A stretch of DNA of 64,000 bases, taken from contig NW_027117353.1 of NCBI RefSeq assembly GCF_038025025.1, forward strand, positions 372,001-436,000. The letters run 5' to 3'. Shown one piece after another: positions 36,917-50,052 of this stretch; positions within the stretch are counted from its first letter, which is position 1; every line of letters begins with the position of its first letter. The notes beneath the pieces were generated by a model. It did no database searches and was not told the DNA's origin. It saw nothing but the letters and a program-made list of their open reading frames with translations. The position numbers and the translations under genes are program-made. This DNA comes from Phyllosticta citribraziliensis (Eukaryota).

Positions 36917-38766
36917 ACGGGGGTCACCCCAGCCGCGCCGCTTGCCCGTCGACCCATCCGTCTGTCTGTCTGTCTGTCTGTCCGTCCGTCCGATGCTTGC
37001 CTGGCTGCCTGGGCACGCACGCACGCACGCACGCTGTGTGGGAGGGTGTAGACGGGGTTATGGAGGATGCGTGCCTGGTATTGATTTGCGCTGCGCTGCA
37101 CTGCGCGATGTTGTTGCGCTGCGTAGTAGCTTGGGCAGTGAGTGCAGCGAGTGCGGTACCCAACGGCCTGAGTGGTGGTGGCAGCAGAGCCCAAGAGAAG
37201 GCGATGGCTGAGTTGAGATTGCAATATATGGCGGGTAAGTAAGCAGGCAAATGGCAAGTGAGTGAGTGAGGTGCGTGCGCGTTAGAGGAAAGGGGGGTGG
37301 GAGGGAGAAGAAGGGGGCGCTGGGACCTCGAAATATGAAGGGTGACTTCAGCACCATTGTTTGCTTGCGTGCTTGTCTGTCGTGTACCACGCTGTTCTCA
37401 TCGAGGATTGCTTTTCTGATTATGGAGGCGACTTACTAGAGTAATGTAGGTAAGGTAGCTTGCTGTAGCCATAGCATTGGTAGCCAAGTCTCTTTAGCAC
37501 TGCGTACACTCACCCCCAGTGTCGTGTGCCCAACTGCCCAAACCAGCTCGCTGCGGGCACAGCATTGCTTCTTTTGCTCCAGTCGTCTCCTATTGCTCTC
37601 TCCCTTTCCCGCGGCTTGCTTCATCTTCTTTCCTTCTCTTTCTCTTTTCCTCTTTTGCGTCATAATATTCCCTACATACCTACCTCACCTACCTGCACGC
37701 GCAACCCTTGGCTTCACTTCTCAACTCTGCATAACGCAGTACAGCACCACAAACTCTTCCCCCTTTCTTTTCCTTCCCGTCTTTGCCTTCGCCCTCGCCA
37801 TCTCCTTCCTTGGTTCCGTCCATCATTCCGCCCACCCGCCCGCCCGCCTGTCTGTCCGTCCGCGTCCGTCCCGCCCTCCGTCTGACATACCAATGCCAAT
37901 GCTACCCGTCTTGACCGCAACGCAACGCAACATTGTATATTACATGCCATGCACACATCGCACCACATCGCATCGTGTGCATCACATGCAACGCAACGGC
38001 GACGGCAGACGGGCTAGCCCGCTCATTCGGTCGTTCGTTTGTTTTCCCGCTCTACCCTACGCGCGCGCGCGCGCGAGATGCGCTGGACGGACAGGACGGG
38101 CGGCGGACGGGACGACTGACGGAAGGTGGAGGACAAAGAAACGAGGTGGCTGGGCTGGTGAAGCGAGCGGGAGAAGGAGTGGAGAGAGTAGGGGATGGTG
38201 GTACTAGACCGTGGCGATGTCCTTGCGGCTGAATAAGATGGCGATGATGAGAGGACTGTGGGAGCTGTGGGGAGGGAGTTCATTGGTCGATTGGTTGGTT
38301 GGTCGGTCATTAATAGTAGGCTGGTGTGTTGAAGCGAGGATGGGAGAGACATTGCGAGAGGTGGTGGTTGACATGGAGCTTTGCTAGAGCAGAGAACGGC
38401 GGATAAAAATGCGGCGTGGGTTTTATTTATCTACATGTAGACGAATCGGTATTCGGCCTGAAGGCTTTCGGTCAAGGTACGTGGGTAGGTAGGAATGATT
38501 TTAGCGACTACGTGCTCGTCTTCTCCTCTTCCTTTCCTGATGGCGTGAAAAGGAGTAGTACAGAATATGTTTCTCTCAGAGTCAGCCAAACAGACATCGC
38601 GAGGCATTCAATTGACGTGTAAAGGTATGGTAGACTACACAGCGCACGGTGAAAAGGGAGCAGACTTGAAAAACTTCTTTACCTCTAGTTTGCTTGCGTG
38701 TTCAACCAGCCAGTGATTAATTTCCATCCGCTTCTCATCCTCCCCTTCCACTCTTTACTTTCTTGC

Positions 38767-40782
38767 TCACACATCCAACACACCGCCTATGCCCACCCTC
38801 ACGTCAACGACATCAACCCTCCATCCGCGCCATCCCTCGAGCCCACGCTTGATCTCCTTGACGCGCTCGATACGCTTACGTCCCTCCTCCTCCTGCGCCG
38901 CACGGAACGCGTCCTCATCGAATTCAAAGTCGTCGTCTCCCAACAGGCTGCTTCCGCCTGCAAGGCTCTGCTTGCGGGCGCCTTGATGAAGATTGGATGA
39001 GGGACGCCGAGGGCGATCACTGCCCGTAAAGGCGCTGATGCCGCTTTGGATGACGTCCGTCAGGCTGCTGTGCTGTTGTTGATGACTACTGGCTCCCGTC
39101 GCCCGGCGCGAAGGGGAGACGGGCGTGCCAGTCGAAAGATCGACCTCGTCGAAGCCGCTGGCAGCAGCCCCCGTGTCCATGTGCGGCTGCATTGCCGCCC
39201 GCGACTCGCGCCATATGCCACGGCGCAGGTCGGTGTTTTCTTCCTCGAGCGCCTGGATCCTCGCCCGCAGCCGTCGTCGCTCCTCGTCCTCAATCTCTTC
39301 CAATCCTGCGTCGTCCGCGTCGTCGCCGTCGGCTCCCGCGCTCGCCCGGCTCCGCCGCTCCGACTCTTCCTTCAGTCGCGCGTTTTCATTGCTGAGCGCC
39401 GTCACGCGGCTGCGCAGCTCGCGGGCTTCGCGCTCTACCTTTTCAGCCTCCCGCATGCGAGCCTGCGTCCGCGCGTCAGACTCCCGGTGCAGCGTCGTCA
39501 AAGTCTCGACCTTCTTCTCAAGCGTCTCGGCCCGCTTGGTCGCGTCGGCCAAGGCCCGTTGAGCTGTGCTGAGCTCCGCTTCCAGTTGGGCGATCCGCGT
39601 CTCCGCCGATGACCGTGACGTGCCTTCTGCCGCCGCAGACTCGCTGGCTTTCTCGAGATTCTGCTTGAGGTCGGCGAGCTCCTGCGCGGCCGACTGAGCG
39701 GCAGCGTCGGATTGCGCAAGCTTATCAGTCAGAGCTGTTATTTGATCGCTTTGCGAAGACGAAGCGGTGTTTGCTTGTGAAATTTGAGTGTGCAGATTGG
39801 AAATGTCGAGCTCGAGGGATTGAATCGTGGCGGATTTAGAGGCCAGTTGCGCGGCGAGGTCATCTTGTGACGGCGAAGCATTGGAGATGCGGCGATTGTG
39901 CTTGGCCGTCTGGCTTTGGAGCTGCGAGTTTTGGCGCTGGAGACTGGCAAGTTCGGTCCTCTGTGAAGTTGTTAGCCCCGACCTATTGACACCGGGGATG
40001 TGCGGCATACAAGCTTCTCTGATTCGGCTGCCTTTGCCTCTGCCTGGTCGGCTTTGGACTTGAGTTCGGCGACCTCGTTGTTAGACTCGCGAAGCTCGTC
40101 CAGCTCTTGCTCGGTCTTCTTCCACCGCGCCTCGGTATCCTTCGACTCGCTCTGCAGCCGCTTGTTCTCCTTTTCCAGCTCCTCGATGCGCTGTACCTGC
40201 TTGCGGTAAATGTCTTGCACGTCGTCCCCCAGGTTTGCCGTTGGCGACTTGACGCTCGTTGTCGGCGACCCTGTATTTGCCGCTGAGGAGCTCCGCCGGA
40301 ACGAGTCCGATCTCAGCTTGGATTGGACAGATAAGGATGGCTCGCGAGCGTGGGCGTTCTGGTCCGCCTCCTCGACAGTCTTTTCAGATTCATCCGATTT
40401 CTTGCCCTCCTTGTCATTATCGGCTGATGGCGACTCCGTGACAGCTTCTTGGGTGTCGTCATCGGCTGGGTTGACGTCTTCGCCGGCGGCGGTAGTTGAG
40501 GCTTCTTCGGCGGGCTGCTGATCGGTTGCTGGCGGGCTCGATGATTCGGCTTCGGCTTCAGGCAGTGCTTCTTCCTTCTTCTTCTTGCCTCCACCCTTTT
40601 TGCCCTTTTTTTCCTTCTTCAATTGCTCAAACTGGGCGTGCTGTTAGCTTGCAAGTCCGATTGCTAGCTTGCAAAGAACAGCTGTCCTGTCCTTGCAGAA
40701 TGCGGCTCCAAAGGAAGCGACCTACGCGCTTCTTAGCGGCAGCGAGCTTCTCGGCTTTTTCCTTGTCGTCGACGTCTGCCAT
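38767..40782 (-). CDS. Long coiled-coil protein ('M protein repeat'-type), possible GM130/Bug1-like cis-Golgi golgin
   Basis: Exon 1 MADVDDKEKAEKLAAAKKR is spliced to FEQLKKEKKGKK. Extended heptad repeats in ORFs 39972..40622 and 38767..40008. The tail reads 'ERVKEIKRGLEGWRGWRVDVVD...VLDV'. Confidence 0.75.
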
Positions 40783-43700
40783 GATGTCTGAGGTTTCGTT
40801 GATGGTTGGTCGTTGCTTGGGAAGCTCTGGCGCCGCGTGCTGTTGGAGCTCCCAACACGTGATGCCGATCCTGCCAAGGACGTCCCCCTTTAGCCGAGTC
40901 GTTGCAGGTGAACCTCAACACCATTTTCCCATCATATTTTCATCGTCAAGTCTGGTCATCATCCCAAGTGAATGGCGGTCAAAATGAGTTCCAACTTGAC
41001 TCACCACCTGCCTCCTCAGGTCTTGGGTGACCTGGAAACGGCTCGGGCACCTTGTCTCTGCAAGCATGGTTTTCTCGAAAGATCAATTCCACAACCCGAG
41101 CCATCTCATTCAAGCCATGGTGCCAATGTTTCTGTAAATTGATCAGAGTCATTGGCACAAGTCTTTTTTATTTGGCCAATCAGCCAGACGCAGCTGCTTT
41201 GTCAAGACGCGACTTGCCGTGCAAGCCGTCATAGACATCAAGGACGGCCCGGGACTAAGAAATACAACAGACTCTACTGGATGAGTTTCTAGACAAGCGA
41301 AGCGGCTTTCATGCTGATCGAAATTCAACTTGCCAGCTGAATCGCGCATTCCTGGTCATCTACCAACAATGTCTCCGTCTCGATCAAGACCAAACTCAAT
41401 GGCAACCTTCCACAAAAACGACCGTTCCTTGCAAGCGAGAAAACATTTTGACATGAGTAAGTTGGTTTCTACTTATGGCTCAGTCTCATTGTTTGACCAA
41501 TCGATTACCTCTTTGTTGCCTCAGCAAAAGTAAAAGTCCTCGTGCTGCAAAGGGCATTGAGAAATATCACCCGGCATGTAGCATGCACCACGTCTGGCTG
41601 TATTGTTTGGTATTGCCCAGAAGCAGAGCGTGCAACGCAGCATTCGTCCAGCCACCGTCAACCACGTTTCGGCATGAGTGCAGAAGACCCTTCGGCACAC
41701 TTGGACAGCATCAACAAGCCACAAGCGCCATTTGCACAGACATCGGGCTTCGTCCAGAACTCACCAAATCTGGTTTATTCTCCTTCGTATAATTTCCAGG
41801 AATGTTGATTGCGGACGGCCTCGCACGGCAGAATGACTGGCGGCCAGCATCGGGAATAAGTGTGTCTCAGAGCGCAAAGCAGATCGCGGTGACGTGGCTG
41901 GAGTCGTGGAGACGAGCAAGGGTCACCGTCAATGGCAATGCAAGAGTCCTCAAAGGGGCACGAAGACCGCGCGGTCTGACGAGCAGCCAGGATGATGACG
42001 GCGGACAGTGATGGTGGTGTGGCGGCGGCGGCGGTTGGAGGGGCCAGACATGGGACCCACATGGAGTGGAGAGCCTGAGGCGATGTGCCGTCCCCGGACT
42101 ATGATTTGCATACGCCGCAGGATTGTGTGGGGACCGGAAGGGGAGGGGGTGTTTTTACTACCCCCTGACGCCCGCAACTGCAGAACCGTTTGTTTACATG
42201 TCCATGTCCGCGCTCCATCTGCACGCCACGGACTTGGACATGGCAGAGCAAAGCAGGGCAGGGTGAGCAGTCAGCCATTCGGTCAGCCAGCAGGAGATCG
42301 GCGCGAAAAGCTGTGGCTCATACAACTCCAGTCTCTATGGCTAGGTTTTCCTGGCATTGTCCCGCTAATCGCCATGAGATCTTGCCGCTCTCTTTCAGTA
42401 CGCCGTCCAAGTCGCCATGCCAGTCCATGGGAGGAGACGTGTGAGGCCTATCCTCATCTCCATCCTCATTGGCCCATCAGCGCGACGACTTCATTCACGA
42501 AGCCTTGAAGACCGGCCGAATCATGTCATCCCATGACATCCATCCCGCGCCTCCACGAAAATGTCTGGGCGCATGTTGCCTGGCTGCGGCCTGGGCCGAG
42601 GAGTAATGCTTCGTCCAGCATCCGGCCATCCACCAAACCCCACGACGCCCGCATCCGGGCAGATGGTTTCTTCCAATAAACCGCACAACCGCATATCACA
42701 TCACCACTCATCCGCCAATCCATCCAATCCATCCGCCGTATCCCCGGGCCGCCAGCCAGACATCCGACGACGCCAAGGCCATCCAGCCTCGCCATGCCAT
42801 GCCACACCACGCCATCTCAGATGGCGCCGGGCCAACAGTGCGCTCCAGGAACGACGCGGCAATAGACGGCAATGGAGCGCGGTCACGGTACCACGGGCAG
42901 GCGAAGTGGTTGGCCCTCTCTGCTCGCCAATCACGTTTGACTGCTGGCCCCTTGGGATCCAGACGCGGGTAGTTCCCCCATCTGGGCACTGGCCCGAGCC
43001 GTGTCCGCCTGGCCGTCCAGACGCTCTCGAATGCTTGTCTGCTTGCCTACAGTTGCCCGTCTCCACTACTGCTCTCTGCGGGGCATGCCATCTTGCATTT
43101 GGGTTGTTCGCTGCAAGCGCGCGCACACGCACGACCCAACAGTTGGTGTGATTCGAGCGCAGGAACTGGAGTGGCGATCTGGCAGCTTACGACGAGGGCC
43201 ATTCGGTTCTAGGTGGGCCGAGAAGGCGTCAAACCTCGTCTGAAGTACCCAGGTCTGGACGTGGTCCATTCCGGATTGACAATGGCTGTGATGGGGCTTG
43301 AGGTTTCATCGTGTCCTTTGAGCTGTAAAGGCTAGCTGCGGAGACGTTGTAGTAATGTTTGGTTCACGATGCAAGCAGGCCGACTTAGGCACAGTATTGA
43401 AAATCCCATGAGTAAACTTTGACGTTTAAAGTTTGTGGTTACTATTCGATAATACAGCATGCGGAATGCAATCATTAGATGCTACGCGCGGGTCTGTAAG
43501 AAGTGTTACCGACAGAATCAAAGCCATTTCAGATGGCTAGAAGTAAGCCTTCCATCTCCTCCATCTCCTTTCTGCCCTATTGGATTTCGAAAACTGTGCC
43601 TTCGTCAACCAGTTTTCGATGATTTCCCTGCCTCCTATTCCTGACTTCATTTAAAAGTGTTCCGGTCGTACAGAGACAGCCTGCCTCGTCTCGAAGTGCC

Positions 43701-43842
43701 GAACGTTGCGCCTCGAATCTCGTAACCAGTAAGATACAACAGCAAAGCGGAGCAAGTACAGGCAGACCACACCAGAAACTCCCGTCAACCTGATCGGCAG
43801 AGTCGTTCTCGGTCCCCAGGAAAGACCAATTCAAGACGATCC

Positions 43843-44631
43843 CTAGATGTGGACGACCGGAATGGCCTGGCTTCTGTCGATGTGAAAATTCCACGGAAGC
43901 GAACCATCCTCGATCTTCATCATGAGCTCCCTCATGCCTTTACCATCCTGGCCGCTCCACTGGCCACACATGAACTCAGCAAACATGCGAAGCTGCATAG
44001 GCATCCTTGGCTGGCCGTAGTGAGAGACGAAGTCGGCCTTTTCTGGTGCACGGCGCAGGCTTTCCCAGGCATTGTCGTCCAAACCTCTCTTCTCGCACTC
44101 CCTCCTCTTTTCATCGCTCCACCACTTTGGCAACAGATGACGGTGTTCCCTTTCGACCTTGTCCATGAACTTTTTGAAGCCATCGATACTGCTGGATACT
44201 TGCTTGCTGAGAACGCTGTCCGAGGAGACTTTTCCCAGCAATTTGTACTCATCCATTGTACGGATACGGTACGTATCAATCAGAAGCCTGTAGGTGTCGC
44301 GCTCGGACCGGCCATGCAACCAGGTGCCATTGTCAAGGCGGGTGAAAGGATTCGGGACTGGAACATCAAGAACGTTGTCGGGGAAAGAGGCAGGCTCGGC
44401 AGGGTTGCTGCTCGCTGAGGTAGAGCTGGAGGAAGTCGAGCTACCGGCTCCCGCTGCTGCGTTGGCAAGAGACGCGCAGACCTTCTTGTGCGTCTTCCAG
44501 TGAGCCTTCTGGCAGTCTCGATTGCAGTATCGTTCGGTTTGACACTTGGAGCAACGCTTAAGGCTGGTGGAGGTCTTGGAACAATTGCCACAGGTGTGGT
44601 TGCCGCCGTCGTTTTCCACAGCGTCGGCCAT
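43843..44631 (-). CDS. MYND-type zinc-finger protein
   Basis: 'CGNCSKTSTSLKRCSKCQTERYCNRDCQKAHWKTHKKVC' is a zf-MYND. It is followed by a C-terminal domain 'LLIDTYRIR...LLPKWWS...MPMQLRMFAE'. The likely ATG is at 44631. Confidence 0.88.
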   Translation of the reverse strand: MADAVENDGGNHTCGNCSKTSTSLKRCSKCQTERYCNRDCQKAHWKTHKKVCASLANAAAGAGSSTSSSSTSASSNPAEPASFPDNVLDVPVPNPFTRLDNGTWLHGRSERDTYRLLIDTYRIRTMDEYKLLGKVSSDSVLSKQVSSSIDGFKKFMDKVEREHRHLLPKWWSDEKRRECEKRGLDDNAWESLRRAPEKADFVSHYGQPRMPMQLRMFAEFMCGQWSGQDGKGMRELMMKIEDGSLPWNFHIDRSQAIPVVHI

Positions 44632-45750
44632 GTTATGAGGACAGGCGTCGATGTGAGCTTGGGGAGCAGAGTCGAGCAGCAGTGCAAGGAACAAACGTGT
44701 GGAGAAACGCAATGGAAGCACACAGATCGATGGAGTTGAGGGAGAGAGAAAGTGAAGGAAGCTGGAGGGAGGATGGTGGACGCAGGCAGCAACAGCACAT
44801 GCCTTCCTTGTACAGTCATGTCGCAGTTGCTTCGTTCGACAAGTTTTCTCGTCAGGAAGTTTCGGTCAGTCTCTAGCTCAGCGTGACCTTCGTACAACCG
44901 CCCGACTTTTCGACGTGTCTCTGGGCGGAGACTGGCAAAGTCACTACGTTATTAGAAATAAGGTAAGTTGAAAATTGGAAGCGCGGATTGTTGGCAATGA
45001 GGAAGAGGTTTCACATAATAGGAGTTGGCACAGCGTGCATTTCACGGACCACCAAGGAAAGAGGAAGAACCTCACATCCATTTCGGAATACCATGCAGAA
45101 AAGATAGGCAGACAGAAGCTCTCCACTAAACCAAGCAGATCAATCACAGCAAAGCACATGTCCCATGCCCGACACGTCTCACCGTAAGGAGTTCGCTAAG
45201 ACGACGACGACAACGCGCTCGCTAACCTGTGCTTGCACAATAAACAGGCAGCCAGATGTACGCAAAGAGATGCGGGTCACAAACTTGGAACTTTGGAGCC
45301 ACAGCGTCAACGCGAAGCTAAAAAAAAAGTGCAAGAACAGAAATTCAGGGAGCAAAAGCATGCAGTAAAAGCCATTGCTATTCGCTAACTACATGTACAG
45401 AGATGCGTAGAACGAACGAGGAAGGCAGCCGCCAAGCATGACCACAGTGAGGTGAACACATAGAAAACGAATGCGCTTCGCAGACAGCATGTACAGAGAG
45501 ACAAAAAGAAGCAATCAAATCAAATCAAATCAACCAGCCAGCCTTTGAAAAAAACGTACCTTCGCCAATGACAGAAAGACTTCAATCCACCCAGAGAACA
45601 AAAGAACCAAGCAAGACAGAATACCAGCCCGATGCCGCCATCTGGGCTCCAAACACCAAACAAGCAGTCCCAATACCTTCTCAGCTCTTCCATTTACAAA
45701 GCAGCGCCATCGCCCTGTTTACAAGGACGTCTCCGCCGAGCTGGGCTCCA

Positions 45751-48700
45751 TCACAAGCCGAAATTGCCGCCGTCGATGACGGTCAAGGGCTCACACTCGC
45801 CGTGTCCATGCGCGTTATAATCCGACGGAATCACCAAGCCGCGGTACGACGAAGAGCCACCGGCACCGCCGCTTCCACCTCCACTGTAGAGAAACTGACG
45901 ACGGCCGGGTGAGGCGCCGGGTTCTGACGATGGAGGTGGTGCCTCCAGCCTGCTGCCAGCAGCGCCGGAAGCCGGGCCGGGTCCGGCGGACCCCGTCGAT
46001 GCCGACGCGCTTCCAAAGTCTACGTCAAACGCGTCACTGCCGCTTGTCAAACTCTCGTCTGAAAAGCTTAGGACGCTCTGGGGTGGCGGTGCTTGGGGCT
46101 CGTGATCCGACAGACCCACGTGCCACATGCCCGGCGACCAGACGAGACCCGTGTCTGCGATGGCAGCAGATGTGTTGGGCAGCGAGGGCGGAATGTCGGA
46201 AAGCGCATCGATTGGAGCACCGCCGTAGATGCTGTCGTATATGTTGGTAGCGCCGTTGTCTAAGCCGCCCAGAAGACGTTCCCATTCGTCGGAGGCTTGA
46301 ATGTCTGGTTTTGCGTGCGAGGACGCGGAATAGGCATGAGCAGACGGGTCGTTACCAAAAGAGAGAAAGTCGAGATTGGTGGAAGAACAGCGCGCGGCTG
46401 CTGGCGCATTAAGATTTGTGTTCGTGCGGCGAAGTCGGGGGTTTGGTGTGGTACCAAACGAAGCGCGGTGGGTGAGCGGCGACATGGTCGGCTCGGAACG
46501 GGCTTGTTGTACGTGGGCAGGCTCAGAAGCGACAGAATGAATCGAGTTGAGGCTTTGGACGCTGGGGTTGGTGTGTTGACCAATTCCGTTGATGCTGATG
46601 TTTGGCACCGTGGCACGGCGATCGGGGTTCTCGGTGTGGGAGAGCCTGCTTGGAGATAGTCGTGAAGCAATCGCTTTAAGGTGCCTATGAGTGGCACGGA
46701 GAGGATCCGGTGAGGAAGAAGCCTCATGGATGGAGTCTACTGGTGAGAGCTGCGCCGGCTCTTTTGGCTCAATCCGCAAGCCGGCCATGGAATTGACGAT
46801 ATTTCCAAAAGAGGCTGCTGCGGGCGAGAGCGATCGGTCGAGGTGATCAGCAATAACGGCTGTCAATCTCAAGTTTTCTTTGAACAGCTTCGAGTCCTGG
46901 TCAAGCTCAGCAGCTTGGAATAATAGACCAAAGCCAGACGACACGAGCAAATCATTCTTGTTGAGACAGAGCGAGAAGCTCAAATTCCTCTCTTCGAGCA
47001 GCTGGACAACTTGCACAACATGCTTGCACGAACCTGCAACGGCAAGGACGGCAGCAGAGGCCCGGCTGCCCGGATCAGCACACAGCACAGGCCGCCAAAT
47101 GAGTATGCGAATGTAGTTGTAAAACAGGGACTGCCAACGCCATCAGCACTGCACGTGGTCCACTGCGGGAAGAACTTACCAGTATTGGGGATCGGCTGCT
47201 CGTCATGTTTGTGCTCGGTTTGTCCTGAGCGAATTGCAGTTTGAGATGCGAAGGAAGGTTGCTGGACCACTGATCGAGCTCGTCTGACTGTGCCGTCATC
47301 TTGCGAAAGGATAAATCATGAGACGGAGAGGTGGGGTAATTCTCCTCAAGGATTCTGCCAAGGATCCGGACAGCCCTGAACAGAGCCAGGGCACTCGACA
47401 CTTTGGTGAATTCGCCGGGGAGTGAGGGCAAGAAGCCTTTTTCGGTAATGTACTCATCGTCGGCGTCTACTGGGTATTCGCAGTGAATGTCCTCCTCCCT
47501 AAAGTGCTTCGGCAGACCTAGTTGAGCAGCAGTGAAACTTGGCCAGTCAGCTGGATGAAACTTGAGACAGTGACAAGACTTACCAATCAAGAGTGTAGAG
47601 CGTCCAAAAGACCTTCTTCCGCGTCTCCCCAGTCAGGGCACCTAGCGCAAAGCGCTTCTGGGACTGGTGCAGTCCAAGGCGGTGTGAAAGACTAATGGCG
47701 ATCCCCTTGTACTTGAGGAGACGAGAGTAGTCTGCCCTCTGGATGCAGTAAAGTTGGGCAAGGACGAGGCACTGGAGGGTAGATATCGAAGCGTCGTGTA
47801 AGACAGCGTCAAGAGCTGTCTGCCACTGGGTTTCGAACGAGTCCACGAGCGCCTTGTCCAGAGACTTGAAGCTTGTCAGAAAGGTACGCGACAAGGGGTT
47901 GGGGAAGGGTGTCAGACCTCGCCAGCCAGTGTTGCAATACCGAATACGAGATTGAGTTGAGCAAGGGCCTTTTTGTCAGTCATGGCTTCGGGGTCATTCA
48001 CAAACTCCTCGTACAAGCTGAGGAATGTCGGCCTGTGGAGAACGGGGAAGATGGGAGCGAATTCTTGGAAGAAACAGGTGATGGCCTTGTCAGAGACCAT
48101 TCGAGGGGGAGCCTTTGGGGTATCTGTCGCTCCATTTTCTGTTGCGGGCCTACTTTCAGCTTCGAGAAGAGACTCAGGGGAGACAACCCGGAACGGTTTT
48201 CCAGTCTCCTGCACACGGCGGTTGAAGGCATCTGCAAAGGTCAGACGACGTCTGTGACTCGGATTGCGCCTGCATACCGATCAACGTTCTTCCACTAGAA
48301 GAACCAACAAAGTACGAGTTGGCGGAGCCCTCATCGAGCAGCAGCGGCGACTGCGTGACTTTGAAAAGATCGTCCTTGTCCATGGATTCCTCACTCGGCG
48401 ACCTGGCTTGGGGAGTGACCGATGGAGCCGGTCTCCTATTGGCGCCATGAGGCGATTTTGAGTGTATCCGCGAAAGCACATCAATCTTCTCATCCTTTTC
48501 GTCAAGCAGATCCTTCAACTCCCTCACTTCACACTCGAGCTGGCGCACGCGCTCCTCGAGCGACTCGGTGTATCCACGGGGAAAAGCTCGGCGGCTCAAT
48601 TTGTCACTGGTGCGGCACTCGAAGCCAACGTTGAGGCATTGGGTGCAGCTGGGACGCACGCCATCGCAGCGTATCTTTTTGCTCCGACAGCGATCACAGG

Positions 48701-48767
48701 CCTGGGCTATGCGGGCCTGAGAGGTGGTTCCGACCTTGATGACCTTCATGGGGAGTATTCCAGGCAT
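45751..48767 (-). CDS. facB: Zn(II)2Cys6 transcription factor FacB/Acu-15 (Cat8/Sip4-like), acetate utilisation regulator
   Basis: N-terminus 'MPGILPMKVIKVG...RIAQACDRCRSKKIRCDGVRPSCTQC...FECRTSDKLSRRAFPRGYTESLEERVR' and a fungal TF domain 'LGLHQSQKRF...RKKVFWTLY'. Four introns. Confidence 0.92.
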
Positions 48768-50052
48768 GACGGGGGCGGGGGAGGGCGCGCAAGCCCTGTC
48801 ATATATGGCGAAGCGGTCGTGAGTCGGCGGTCTTGGGCGAAAAGCGGACAGGCATACGGCGGAGTCGCAGGCTTGCAGGAACGACGACTGGAGCGGGCGG
48901 CACGCAGCGGAGGCTGGTCGATAAGAAGGATGTCGGGCGTGAGGGGTCGGGAGGGGATGGAATTGTACGGGTTGGAGTTGAGTGGTAGAAGACGTGTCGG
49001 GGGCAAAGAAGAATAACGCCGCGCAAGAAGTCTGGGGGATTGCGGGGAGGAGTCGCGCGCAAGCCAATCAACCCCTGCGTGTTTGCTCGAGGCCTCCCGG
49101 GCTCTTTTCGTTTCAACAAGCCATCCAGAAGCTATCACTTACTTATTCGTCCCATCTCAGGCGGCACGATCAGCAGGCGTGGCATCATGGGCGGTCGTTA
49201 CACGGAGAATTGGTGCTGCTCGCTCGGCCTCAACACCGACCATGCTGCTACGGCCCTCTGAGTGTGCCCTGCGTCGCCGCCAGCACCCACTCTGCACCCC
49301 AGAGAGGGTCACGCGGGGAATGGTATGATGTTAGACCTGCGTGCCTGGAAACTTGCAAGCTGCCGGACGGGATACCCCAGGGCTGACTCGCACATCATGC
49401 ATGCATCCAAGAGCAAAAGCAACGCTCCCTAGGCTTTTGCTCTGGCTTTTCTCGGGCGTCACGTACGCCAGACACGCGACATGCAAGAGCTATTTTTTAG
49501 CTGACGGGTGGACATGCACTCGAGAAATGGCCTGACTAGCCGGCAATGGCGCTCAGCCATAATCTCAACCGTGGTACCCTCGTACCGCAATGTTGGACGA
49601 CAGAGAACTAGACCCCAGTGGCGCCCGCTCAACACCATTGAATTGTCAGCATAGAGGGCCTTTGCTGGACATTGAACTTCAGTCTTGACCTGGTGTCGTC
49701 TGATATTCCCAACATTCGGGTCTTCTTTTCCGGACGGCTGGCAGCGTCGTTGACTCGTACAATGCATCAAGTGCTGTGCTCGGAAACAGCCGGAGCATGT
49801 CTTTTGGCTGACATGACCTCGCTTCCGGATCGCGATTCTGGGGAAAGCTGGACCACGCAAAGAGACTCTGCCGGGGTGATCGACGGTAAGGTTGTGCGTG
49901 GGGAACGAGCTTGGGCTGCTTGGATACCTTGGCACTATGCGGAATGTGTTGGCTTCACTTCGAGAAGAATTCTTTGATTCGGCGCTCTGTCGTCAAATTT
50001 GTACAAGCGAAGGTGTTGAATGCTGTCAATCGGCCGTAAAAATGTTGAACGC

